DNA from: Candidatus Omnitrophota bacterium
GTDB lineage: Bacteria; Omnitrophota; Gorgyraeia; Zapsychrales; Zapsychraceae
Length of the DNA stretch: 64,000 nucleotides
Assembly: GCA_020632515.1 (NCBI GenBank)
Contig: JACKFK010000006.1
Coordinates: 75,876-139,875 of the forward strand
Direction: 5' to 3'
The notes below the pieces were generated by a model. The model saw only the letters and a program-made list of their open reading frames with translations, was not told the DNA's origin and searched no databases. Of this stretch, positions 49,165 to 58,006 are shown in pieces (the first letter of the stretch is position 1; the number at the start of each line of letters is the position of its first letter). The translations under genes and the position numbers were made by a program.

Positions 49165-50306
49165 GTGCGATGAAGACATCTTATAAAGTGCCGTTTGGAA
49201 CGGTGTCCATTACGGATGAAGCCCGTCAGGAAATTGATAGAATTCTTGATATTAAATGGGTAACAAACGGAGAATTAGTGCGTCGGTTTGAAAGTGAATT
49301 CGCAAAAATATTTGGAGTTAAAGAGGCTGTCGCTGTTAGCAGCGGTACAGACGCTGACGCGTTAGCGTGCAGTGCTCTATATGATTTTGGCGCTCAGCGG
49401 GGGGATGAAATTATTATTCCCGCATTAACTTTTGTTGCAACAGCTAATGCTGTTTTTCAAGCCGGATTTAAACCGGTTTTTGTGGATGTTAATCGAGAAA
49501 CTCTTAACATTGATCCTGACAAGATTGAACAGGTTATTACCAAGCGAACAAAGGCTATTATGCCTGTTCATTTAATGGGTAAGCCCGCTGATATGGATTG
49601 TATCGGAAAGATTGCCGAGAAATATAAGTTGTTTGTTATTGAAGATGCGGCTGAAGCGCATGGCGCGGAATTTAAAGGAAAGAAAATCGGCGGAATCGGA
49701 GATATGGCTGCGTTTAGTCTTTACGCGGCGCATATTGTGACCACCATTGAAGGGGGGATTATTACCACAAATAATCCGAAAATGGCTGAAGCCTTGCGGT
49801 CATTAAGAAATCACGGCATTGTAAATAAATTTGAATTTAAGCGTATCGGGTTTTCTGCTAAAATGAATGAAATTGAGGCTGCGGTTGGATTGGGCAATAT
49901 TAAAATATTTTCTCAAATATTAGAAAAGCGTCGGAGAAATTTGCTTTATTTAATTGATAAGTTTGATAAGTTTTCTGAATATTTTATAACAATTAAAGAA
50001 GAAGATGGGGAAAAAATCGGCCCACACGCGTTTTCCATTATTGTAAAACCAAATGCGCCATTTTCAAAAGATGAATATGTGCAGTATATCGAATCGTCTG
50101 GAGTGGATTCGCGCAATTTATTTTATTCTATACCGACACAGTGTCCGAGCTATAGTTTTCTCGGACATAAATTAGGCGATTTTCCGGAAGCTGAGTATTG
50201 TTCAAATAATGGAACGCATATCGGGATCCATCAGGATATTGAACTGGATGGATTAGATTATGTTGTTCAAGTGACTGACGAGTTTCTAAAGACAAGGAAA
50301 GTGTAA
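49161..50306 (+). CDS. DegT/DnrJ/EryC1/StrS-family PLP/PMP enzyme with His at the Schiff-base position (putative sugar 3-dehydratase, ColD/E1-like)
   Basis: AFSLYAAHIVTTIEGG aligns residue for residue with CFSFYPTKSLGGFGDGG of the paralog at 55243. His replaces the catalytic Lys. Confidence 0.7.
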   Translation: MSAMKTSYKVPFGTVSITDEARQEIDRILDIKWVTNGELVRRFESEFAKIFGVKEAVAVSSGTDADALACSALYDFGAQRGDEIIIPALTFVATANAVFQAGFKPVFVDVNRETLNIDPDKIEQVITKRTKAIMPVHLMGKPADMDCIGKIAEKYKLFVIEDAAEAHGAEFKGKKIGGIGDMAAFSLYAAHIVTTIEGGIITTNNPKMAEALRSLRNHGIVNKFEFKRIGFSAKMNEIEAAVGLGNIKIFSQILEKRRRNLLYLIDKFDKFSEYFITIKEEDGEKIGPHAFSIIVKPNAPFSKDEYVQYIESSGVDSRNLFYSIPTQCPSYSFLGHKLGDFPEAEYCSNNGTHIGIHQDIELDGLDYVVQVTDEFLKTRKV

Positions 50307-51421
50307 TGCATATTGCTATTAACTGCCGTTCTTTTTTAAAGAAGAAATATACAGGAATTGGGCGGTATGCGTATCACTTGGTTAAAAGTCTGAGTGAAAT
50401 TGACACAAGAAATGCGTATTCTTTATACGCGAAAAAAGGTATTTTTAACTTAACCAAAAGAGTCCCTCGGTTTGGGCCAGCCAATTTTTTGTCAAAGATT
50501 GATCGTTTTAATGTCGGGCCAGAAAAGTTTTTGGGCAAGATCGATATTTACCATTCACCCAGTCCATCCACGTTAGATGTTAATAACGGCGCAAAAGTAG
50601 TTGTCACTGTTCATGATTTAATTTTTAAGACATTTCCGCAGGGGCATACGCAAAAAACATTGGATGAAACAGATAAGCAGTTTAAGAATATCGGAGAAAA
50701 AGCTGCAAAGATTATTTGCTGTTCAAAAAATACTGTGCGGGATTTGCAGAAATATTTTAATATTAAGAAAAATAAAATCTCCATGGTTTATCAAGGCGTG
50801 GATAAAAATTTATTTTATCTTATCGGTCGAGAAGAAGAAAAATATGCGGTCAAATTATTACGAAATAAAGGTATTCATGAACCGTTTATTCTTTCTGTCG
50901 GAACAATAGAACCGAGAAAGAACTTGGAAAACATTCTGCACGCCTTTGATAAATTGAGGACGCGCAAACAATTTCAAGGGAAATTAGTTGTTATTGGAAT
51001 GAAAGGGTGGATGAGTGAGAGTATATACGGATTAATTCGTAAATTAGAGTTGAAAGAGCATGTTATTTTTTTAGGCTATCTTTCCGATCCGGAATTGAGA
51101 ATGTTTTATAACAAGGCGGAAGCATTTGTTTTTCCTTCTTTTTATGAAGGTTTTGGATTTCCAATCGTTGAAGCTTTTTGTTGCGGAACACCAGTTGTCA
51201 CCTCAAACGTTTCTTCTTGCCCAGAAGTAGCCCAGGACGCGGCGATGATTGTAGATCCTTATGATCCGGAAAGTATTTCCCAGGGAATCGCGCAAATTAT
51301 TAATGATCAAGAAGTAAAGAATATGCTGCGTGAGAAGGGATTACGTCGGGCCGGAGATTTCAATTTTCGTAAGACAGCCAAGAAAACTCTGGATATTTAT
51401 AAAGAAGTTTATCGAATGTAA
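50306..51421 (+). CDS. Glycosyltransferase family 4 (GT-B, RfaG-like)
   Basis: C-terminal FVFPSFYEGFGFPIVEA (E-X7-E motif). Confidence 0.85.
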   Translation: MHIAINCRSFLKKKYTGIGRYAYHLVKSLSEIDTRNAYSLYAKKGIFNLTKRVPRFGPANFLSKIDRFNVGPEKFLGKIDIYHSPSPSTLDVNNGAKVVVTVHDLIFKTFPQGHTQKTLDETDKQFKNIGEKAAKIICCSKNTVRDLQKYFNIKKNKISMVYQGVDKNLFYLIGREEEKYAVKLLRNKGIHEPFILSVGTIEPRKNLENILHAFDKLRTRKQFQGKLVVIGMKGWMSESIYGLIRKLELKEHVIFLGYLSDPELRMFYNKAEAFVFPSFYEGFGFPIVEAFCCGTPVVTSNVSSCPEVAQDAAMIVDPYDPESISQGIAQIINDQEVKNMLREKGLRRAGDFNFRKTAKKTLDIYKEVYRM

Positions 51422-51480
51422 AAAACCGCAAAGTCACATAGTCATCGCAGCGCATGGGACTTTGTGATCGGGTGACTTTT

Positions 51481-52323
51481 ATGAAAATCAGTGGTTTTAC
51501 CATTGCTCGAAATGCGATTAAATATAATTATCCGATTATTGAATCGATTTGTTCGATTCTACCGATTTGTGATGAATTTATTGTCAATGTGGGCGATTCT
51601 GAAGATGACACATTGAAGTTAATTCAATCAATCTCTGATAAGAAAATTCGGATTATTCAGAATAAGTGGGATTTCTCGCAGGGTAAAGAAGTTTTGTCTT
51701 ATCAAACTAATCTTGCTTTAAAGGAATGCGCAGGTGACTGGGCGTTTTATCTTCAGTCGGATGAAGTTATTCACGAAAAAGATTTGCCGAAATTAGAGAG
51801 TGTCATGCGCAAATATTCAGCGGATTTAACAGTGGATGCACTGCGTTTTCAGTGGTTGCATTTTTATGGAAGTTATTATCGTTATCGGATTGATTCAGGA
51901 TGGTATCAGAAACAAAATCGGATTGTACGTAATAATGGTCAGGTTGAGTCGTATGGAGATGCTTTTGGATTTAAAAGGGTTGACGAAAAACCATTAAATT
52001 GGAAAAATACAAATTGTTTGCTTTATCATTATGGCTGGGTTCATCCTGAAGAAATTATGGCGCAGCGGCGGTTTAATGCCGAAAAAATTGGATTTGTTTC
52101 TTTGACCGACGAGCAAAGAATGGAGCAGCGATATTCCTATGGTGATCTTAATCGATTTCCAGCCTATTTTGGTGCGCATCCAAAATTGATGCGTAATCGG
52201 ATAAAAGAACACAGACTAAGTCAAACGGATTTAAATGACGTGCGTAAGCGTTATTGGTGGCATCCTCTGCGGGCTTTGGGTGTGCGTTATAAAACAGGAA
52301 AGAGATTAAAAAAGGTATTATGA
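51481..52323 (+). CDS. Putative GT-A-fold glycosyltransferase
   Basis: Preferred start MKISGFTIARN... DxD-like SDE. Family assignment is by weak recall only. Confidence 0.4.
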   Translation: MKISGFTIARNAIKYNYPIIESICSILPICDEFIVNVGDSEDDTLKLIQSISDKKIRIIQNKWDFSQGKEVLSYQTNLALKECAGDWAFYLQSDEVIHEKDLPKLESVMRKYSADLTVDALRFQWLHFYGSYYRYRIDSGWYQKQNRIVRNNGQVESYGDAFGFKRVDEKPLNWKNTNCLLYHYGWVHPEEIMAQRRFNAEKIGFVSLTDEQRMEQRYSYGDLNRFPAYFGAHPKLMRNRIKEHRLSQTDLNDVRKRYWWHPLRALGVRYKTGKRLKKVL

Positions 52324-53381
52324 CAAAGAAAACAAATGTTTATGCAGTGATTCTTGCTGGTGGTTCTGGAACGCGATTTTGGCCGATGAGCCGGGAAAAT
52401 AAACCGAAACAGTTTTTGGATGTTACCGGTAATGGCACGCTTCTGGTGGAAACATTAAAGAGGATTAAAACCAAAATTAAGCCGGCGCGAATATTAATTG
52501 TCACCAATGCGAAACATCAAAAAGAAATTCAGCGGCAAACGAAGAGTTTGAGAATTCCTGCGGCTAATATCATGCTTGAACCTCAAGGAAAAAATACGGC
52601 GCCGGCAATCGGCTGGGCTGCTGAGCGAATTTACCGTAATGATAAAAATGCGGTGATGGCGGTTTTACCGTCGGATCATCTTATTACGAACAAGAAAAAT
52701 TATTTACAAACATTAGAACAGGCCGTTAAGCTGGCGCAGGAAGATTATTTAGTGACTTTTGGCATTGTTCCGACTCGGCCGGAAACGGGATACGGGTACA
52801 TGCGGATTGCTCCAAAAAAAGGAAATGGTCGGAGCTTATTAAAAGTTGTTCAATTTACTGAAAAACCGAATTTGGCGAAGGCGAAACAGTATTTAAAAAC
52901 TAAGAAATATTTTTGGAACAGCGGAATGTTTGTGTGGAATGTTGCAGTTATTCGAAAAGAATTGCAGGCGTTCACGCCAAAGATTTATCAGTTATTAGCA
53001 GATAAAAGCGAGCTTCAAATCAAACGCAATTGGACCAAGCTGCCGAGTATTTCGATTGATTACGGTATATTAGAGAAATCCGAACGGGTTGTTGCAGTGC
53101 GGGCCGCTAATATCGGTTGGTCAGATTTAGGCAGCTGGGAATCCTTAATGGAAGTTCTTGCCAAAAAGAAAACAGATAATATTTTTAAAGGAGATGTTAT
53201 ACCTATTGATTGCAAAGGTTCCTTAGTCTGGGGGCAGCAGCGCTGTGTGGCTGTTATCGGTATGGACAATATGATCGTTGTTGATACACCAGATGCCTTG
53301 CTTATCTGTTCCAAATCCCAATCCCAAAAAGTCAAAGATGTCGTGGCTTTGCTCAAAGCCAGGCGGCATTTAGTGGCTTGA
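52320..53381 (+). CDS. manC: Mannose-1-phosphate guanylyltransferase (no PMI/cupin domain)
   Basis: ILAGGSGTRFWPMSR, GKNTAPAI, PETGYGY. Confidence 0.8.
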   Translation: MTKKTNVYAVILAGGSGTRFWPMSRENKPKQFLDVTGNGTLLVETLKRIKTKIKPARILIVTNAKHQKEIQRQTKSLRIPAANIMLEPQGKNTAPAIGWAAERIYRNDKNAVMAVLPSDHLITNKKNYLQTLEQAVKLAQEDYLVTFGIVPTRPETGYGYMRIAPKKGNGRSLLKVVQFTEKPNLAKAKQYLKTKKYFWNSGMFVWNVAVIRKELQAFTPKIYQLLADKSELQIKRNWTKLPSISIDYGILEKSERVVAVRAANIGWSDLGSWESLMEVLAKKKTDNIFKGDVIPIDCKGSLVWGQQRCVAVIGMDNMIVVDTPDALLICSKSQSQKVKDVVALLKARRHLVA

Positions 53382-53436
53382 TTATTATTTTAGGAATATA
53401 TTATTGGATTTTTATTGGAAAAATAGTTTTAAAAAA

Positions 53437-53474
53437 GGGGCATAGTATGTAAGTTGGTGCTATGCCTCTTTTTT
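53437..53474 (+). terminator. Rho-independent terminator ending the 42.5-53.4 kb glycan operon
   Basis: ggggcatag / ctatgcctc stem (one G-U pair), then tttttt. Confidence 0.6.
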
Positions 53475-53563
53475 GAGAGTTGTATGATCGATTTCATGGA
53501 TTCAGCAATTAAATAATCTAAGGTTATAAATTTGTTGAGTAAATAATTCTCGTATAAAGAAAT

Positions 53564-53592
53564 AAAAAAAGGCCAAGATTTCTCTTGGCCTT
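53564..53592 (-). terminator. Rho-independent terminator of the tRNA transcription unit
   Basis: Minus strand reads aaggccaaga-gaaa-tcttggcctt followed by a T7 run. Confidence 0.65.
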
Positions 53593-53596
53593 AGTA

Positions 53597-53624
53597 CCTC
53601 GTAGCACATTGTTTCCTTAACGAA
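53597..53624 (+). repeat. Inverted partial copy of the tRNA 5' half
   Basis: cctcgtagca + gtttccttaacgaa: blocks of 10 and 14 nt identical to the sense tRNA sequence, but on the opposite strand from the gene. Confidence 0.75.
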
Positions 53625-53715
53625 TTAATTTAAGTATATTCGAAAAATATTGTAAAATCAAGCTATAAGATGACTCCAATTAGCCTTAACTCTAATCGGA
53701 GTCAGTTGATTGTTA

Positions 53716-53789
53716 CGCCCTCGGCAGGATTTGAACCCACATCTGTTTCTTCGTTAAGGAAACGCATTATCCAATTATGCTACGAGGGC
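53716..53789 (-). tRNA. tRNA, 74 nt, no encoded CCA, anticodon ambiguous (AAC in the canonical frame; ACG inside a possible 9-nt loop)
   Basis: Hand-folded cloverleaf: acceptor GCCCUCG/CGAGGGC, D-arm GCAU-AAUUGGAUA-AUGC, T-arm GUGGG-UUCAAAU-CCUGC, 5-nt variable loop. Confidence 0.8.
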
Positions 53790-53803
53790 GTAATATTAAA
53801 CTT

Positions 53804-53832
53804 ATAATACCATCCATATGTGTGGATGTAAA
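53804..53832 (-). promoter_or_regulatory. Sigma70-type promoter for the tRNA
   Basis: Minus strand reads TTTACA-N17-TATTAT. The -10 box ends 14 nt before the tRNA 5' end. Confidence 0.5.
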
Positions 53833-54079
53833 TATTTTTTGAATGTTGGTCAAATATAGTAAAAAACAACTAGAAATTTAGAATGTGAAAATCTATCCAT
53901 CATCCAATTAACAAGAAGAATTGTAAATGTTTCGATTAATCATATCCAAACAAATGGAGATTCCCAAGATGGCGAAAGTTATATTAAACGCGAAATAATT
54001 TCTTGCGGCATTTCCTATAGAATAATTCCAGAATATGTGTACAATATAGAATTCCAATCATAAATTTAGTTGATTTAAT

Positions 54080-55207
54080 ATGCGCGCTAATTCTGTTAAA
54101 AATCTTAGGAAAGTGCTAATCATTAATCCTTTTGGTATAGGGGATGTGTTATTTACGACACCAATGATTAGTAATATGAAACTACATAATCCGGGAATAC
54201 ATATCGGTTATATTTGTAATCGTCGTGCGGAAGGGGTTTTGAGAACTAATACTAAAGTTGATCAAGTTTATATTTTTGAAAGAGATGAATTTCAAAAGGT
54301 TTATCAACAATCTAAATGGCGTTTTTTAAAAAAAGTATGGGAGTTAATTTCTTTAATTAAAGCGGAACGATATGATGCTGTGCTGGATGTTTCATTAAAT
54401 TTAAATTTTGGATTTATGGGATGGGTTTTAGGGATTCCGTATCGGGTAGGATTTAATTATAAGAGACGTGGCTTATTTCTGAATCAGAAGATAAAAATTC
54501 GAGGATTTGAAGGGAAGCATGTGGTGGATTGTTATTTGGAACTGTTAAGTAAGTTATCTATTCCAGTTGTTGAGAAAAATTTACAGTTAAATATCAGTTC
54601 TCGAGATCAGCAGTGGGCGCAAGAATATATCCAAAAAGAAGAAATTAAAGGGGATGAGCGATTGGTTGTCATGATGCCTGGCGGCGGCGCAAGTTGGGGC
54701 AAAGAGGCTCGTTTTAAACGCTGGAGTCCTGAGAGTTATGCGAAATTAGCTGACAAAATGATTGAAAATCTTGGGGCAGCAATTATACTGGTGGGTGATC
54801 AATCCGAGAAAGATTTGTGTCTGGAAGTTGAGAAATGGATGATGCATCCAGTTCAGATTTTGTGCGGGCAAACCACGGTTAGCCGTTTAGCCGCATTAAT
54901 GGCAAAAACTCGAATTACTATTGTTAACGACGGCGGGCCTTTGCATATTGCCGTTGCGGCTGGAGCCCGAACAGCTTCGATCTTTGGGCCAGTGGATGAA
55001 AAGGTATATGGGCCTTATCCGCGCGATGGACATCTTGTTTTTAAAAAAGAATTAGCCTGTCGGCCTTGTTATCGACAATTCCGCCGAGCAAAATGTGATC
55101 ATGTGAGCTGTTTAAGCGCATTGACAGTGGATGAAGTTTATCAATCAATCAAAAATTCTTTTTATTTGAATCAGAGTGAAAACTCAGATGAGATTATAAA
55201 GGTTTAA
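54080..55207 (+). CDS. Glycosyltransferase family 9 (LPS heptosyltransferase-like)
   Basis: 375 aa. NPFGIGDVLFTTP start and GGPLHIAVA near the C-terminus are typical of GT9. Confidence 0.8.
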   Translation: MRANSVKNLRKVLIINPFGIGDVLFTTPMISNMKLHNPGIHIGYICNRRAEGVLRTNTKVDQVYIFERDEFQKVYQQSKWRFLKKVWELISLIKAERYDAVLDVSLNLNFGFMGWVLGIPYRVGFNYKRRGLFLNQKIKIRGFEGKHVVDCYLELLSKLSIPVVEKNLQLNISSRDQQWAQEYIQKEEIKGDERLVVMMPGGGASWGKEARFKRWSPESYAKLADKMIENLGAAIILVGDQSEKDLCLEVEKWMMHPVQILCGQTTVSRLAALMAKTRITIVNDGGPLHIAVAAGARTASIFGPVDEKVYGPYPRDGHLVFKKELACRPCYRQFRRAKCDHVSCLSALTVDEVYQSIKNSFYLNQSENSDEIIKV

Positions 55208-55242
55208 ATTATTAATTTAAGAATGATTAGAAAGAGGAAAGC

Positions 55243-56355
55243 ATGAATATTCCATTTATTGATTTCAGCGAGCAATATAATTTAATTAAGGATGAAGTTG
55301 ATGCAGGTTTAAAAAGTGTTTTTCAAAAGGGTAATTTTATTCTTGGTGAAGAGGAAAAAGATTTTGAAGCTCAATTTGCGCATTATTGCGATGCAAAATA
55401 CGCGGTTGGTGTAAATTCTGGAACAGACGCGCTGTATTTAGCCTTGGCCGCCTTAGATATTAAACCAGGGGATGAGGTGATTGTGCCTTCTTTTACGTTT
55501 ATCGCGACCGCTTTATGTATTTCCTATACAGGCGCCAAACCGGTATTTGTGGATGTGGAAGATCAAACTTATAATATGGACTCAGATCAACTTAAGAAAG
55601 CCATCACAGATAAAACAAAGGTTATTATGCCTGTTCATATTTATGGTCAACCCGCAAATATGGATGAGATTAATAAAATTGCGCAGGAGCGTAATATTGC
55701 AGTGGTCGAAGACGCTTGTCAAGCCCATGGCTCTACTTATAAAGGGAAAAAAGTTGGTTCTTTAGGTGATATTGCTTGTTTCAGTTTTTATCCTACTAAA
55801 AGTCTTGGAGGTTTTGGCGACGGCGGGATGATTGTTTCGGATAATATTAATATCGATGAAAAAACTAAAATGCTTCGTGATTATGGTCGACAAGGACGAT
55901 ATGATCATAAAATCAAAGGATTTAATTCACGATTAGATACAGTACAAGCTGTTGTTTTAGCGGCAAAATTAAAACATTTAGATCAGTGGAATAAAATGCG
56001 TAATGATAATGCTGCTTATTATTGCGAACTTTTAAAAGATGTGGATGGGGTGGTAACACCGCTAATTAAGGACGACCGGACGCATGTATTTCAAACCTTT
56101 GCTGTTCGGTTGCAAAATCGCGACAAGATTTGTGATGAATTAAAGAAAAAGGGAGTCGGTGTTTTAATTCATTATCCAATTCCTGTTCATCTTCAGGAAG
56201 CGTATGCGGATTTAGGATATAAAAAGGGAGATCTTCCTGTTTCCGAGCAATTAGCTGATGAAGTGTTGTCATTGCCGATGTTTCCGCATATGAATAAAAA
56301 CCAAATTGAATATGTTTGTGAATCATTAAAAGAATTAGTTGCGGCGCGTGTTTAA
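55243..56355 (+). CDS. DegT/DnrJ/EryC1/StrS-family sugar aminotransferase (Lys-containing)
   Basis: GTDALYLAL. The catalytic-Lys segment SFYPTKSLGGFGDGG is intact. Confidence 0.85.
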   Translation: MNIPFIDFSEQYNLIKDEVDAGLKSVFQKGNFILGEEEKDFEAQFAHYCDAKYAVGVNSGTDALYLALAALDIKPGDEVIVPSFTFIATALCISYTGAKPVFVDVEDQTYNMDSDQLKKAITDKTKVIMPVHIYGQPANMDEINKIAQERNIAVVEDACQAHGSTYKGKKVGSLGDIACFSFYPTKSLGGFGDGGMIVSDNINIDEKTKMLRDYGRQGRYDHKIKGFNSRLDTVQAVVLAAKLKHLDQWNKMRNDNAAYYCELLKDVDGVVTPLIKDDRTHVFQTFAVRLQNRDKICDELKKKGVGVLIHYPIPVHLQEAYADLGYKKGDLPVSEQLADEVLSLPMFPHMNKNQIEYVCESLKELVAARV

Positions 56356-56363
56356 AGGAAATT

Positions 56364-57176
56364 ATGGAAACACAGGCGTTGAATCATCAAGAATCGTTGG
56401 AGAATAAAGTTATGGGTAAGGTTCCGGTATCTGTAGTGGTTATCACGAAAAATGAAGAGAAGAATATTGCTAAATGTTTGGAAAGTGTTTATAAATGGGC
56501 GGATGAAATTATTGTGGTTGATGATGAAAGTACTGACAAAACAGTTGAGATCGCCAGTAAGTATGCTGATAAAGTGCTTCATCGAAGGATGGATAATGAA
56601 GGCACTCATCGTAATTGGGCTTACGCGCAAACAAAAAACGAATGGGTTTTTAGCGTTGATGCCGATGAAATTGTAACGGAAGAATTAAAAAAAGAGATTG
56701 ATCAGGCCCTTGTTGACACAACTAATTCTTCTTTTACTGTTCCTCGACGAAATTATATCGGTGAGTATTGGATTAAACATGGTGGATTGTACCCTGCTGG
56801 ACAGTTGCGGATTTTTAAAAAAGGGCAGTTTCGGTATGAAGAAGTTGAAGTTCATCCGAAGGTTTTTCTTGAAGGTCAAACAGGGCATTTAACCAAAGAT
56901 CTTATTCATAATAGTTATACAAGCTTTACGCATTTTTTGGCCAAATTAAATTCTCAGACATCACTTGAAGCTAAGAAATGGTATCAGACGAATCGAAAAA
57001 TGTCTTTTGGTAAAGCAATGTGGAGAACGATAGATCGTTTTCCTCGTCAGTATATTCGTAAAAAAGGATATAAAGACGGATTTATTGGTTTTATGATGGC
57101 GTTTTTTGCGTCTTTGTATCAAATTATCAGTTATGCTAAATATTGGGAATTGAAAAACTTAAATAAAAAATCCTGA
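56364..57176 (+). CDS. Glycosyltransferase family 2 (LPS core WaaE/KdtX-like)
   Basis: VSVVVITKNEEKNI...IIVVDDESTDKT...DADE GT-A motifs. The true start may be the ATG at 56409. Confidence 0.8.
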   Translation: METQALNHQESLENKVMGKVPVSVVVITKNEEKNIAKCLESVYKWADEIIVVDDESTDKTVEIASKYADKVLHRRMDNEGTHRNWAYAQTKNEWVFSVDADEIVTEELKKEIDQALVDTTNSSFTVPRRNYIGEYWIKHGGLYPAGQLRIFKKGQFRYEEVEVHPKVFLEGQTGHLTKDLIHNSYTSFTHFLAKLNSQTSLEAKKWYQTNRKMSFGKAMWRTIDRFPRQYIRKKGYKDGFIGFMMAFFASLYQIISYAKYWELKNLNKKS

Positions 57177-57212
57177 ATAAAATTTTAAAGAGATGGCGGT
57201 TAAATATCTTCA

Positions 57213-57896
57213 ATGTCCAACAACAATCATAGATCCAAGAATAAAATTATTTTTTTAGATAGAGATGGTGTAATTAATGAATTTCCTGGAAATGGCAAAT
57301 ATGTAACGCGATGCCGTGATTTTCATTTTATACCGGGGTCGCTTGAAGGAATTCAGCTGTTAACCAAATCTGGGTATAAAATCTTTGTTATTTCTAATCA
57401 GGCCGGAGTGGGGAAGAAGATTTTTTCCGAGAGGAAATTAAATCAAATTACCCGTAAAATGTTACGGGGAGTTAAAACAAGCGGCGGACGGATTAAGAAA
57501 GTTTACTACTCGATAAAACGTTCGAATGAAGGATGTCAGTTTCGTAAACCTAATATTGGTTCAATACGTAAAGCGCTGGCTTCAATGAATAAAGATTTGA
57601 AAGCCGCGCGCGGCGCGTATTTTATCGGTGACACGGAATCTGATATCAAGACAGGACGCAATGCTGGATGTAAAACAATTTTTGTTTTATCCGGACGAGA
57701 AGATTGTCTTTACATGCGACGTTGGGATGATATTCAGCCGGATTTTATTTTTAGAGATTTGCGTGACGCGGCTAAATATATATTGGGATTAGAAGATATT
57801 AAACCTATTTCCCGAAGATCAAAGCTAGCTAAAGTGATTATCAACAAAAAAAGAAGGAAGGTCGGAATTAATCTTCATCGCCGATCTACGGACTAA
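57213..57896 (+). CDS. gmhB: HAD-family D,D-heptose 1,7-bisphosphate phosphatase (GmhB-like) with basic C-terminal tail
   Basis: FLDRDGVIN, VISNQAG, RKP, GDTESD motifs. The usual CxH...CxC zinc site is mostly absent. About 40 aa of K/R-rich extension. Confidence 0.65.
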   Translation: MSNNNHRSKNKIIFLDRDGVINEFPGNGKYVTRCRDFHFIPGSLEGIQLLTKSGYKIFVISNQAGVGKKIFSERKLNQITRKMLRGVKTSGGRIKKVYYSIKRSNEGCQFRKPNIGSIRKALASMNKDLKAARGAYFIGDTESDIKTGRNAGCKTIFVLSGREDCLYMRRWDDIQPDFIFRDLRDAAKYILGLEDIKPISRRSKLAKVIINKKRRKVGINLHRRSTD

Positions 57897-58006
57897 TGTG
57901 ATATGCGTTAGTTTCTAATTAGAGAAAATCGCGTGTTAGGTTTGGTAGTTAACCATTTAAAATCTGACAACTATCTTTTATTACGATCTCATCATAATTA
58001 AAATAA

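Noticed and set aside
53382..54079. tRNA-adjacent gap as a genomic island or prophage attachment site
   Set aside because: There is no integrase, no transposase and no direct repeat of the tRNA 3' end. The only tRNA-derived repeat is an inverted copy of the 5' half, and flanking genes on both sides belong to the same functional class. It is kept only as a low-interest junction hypothesis.
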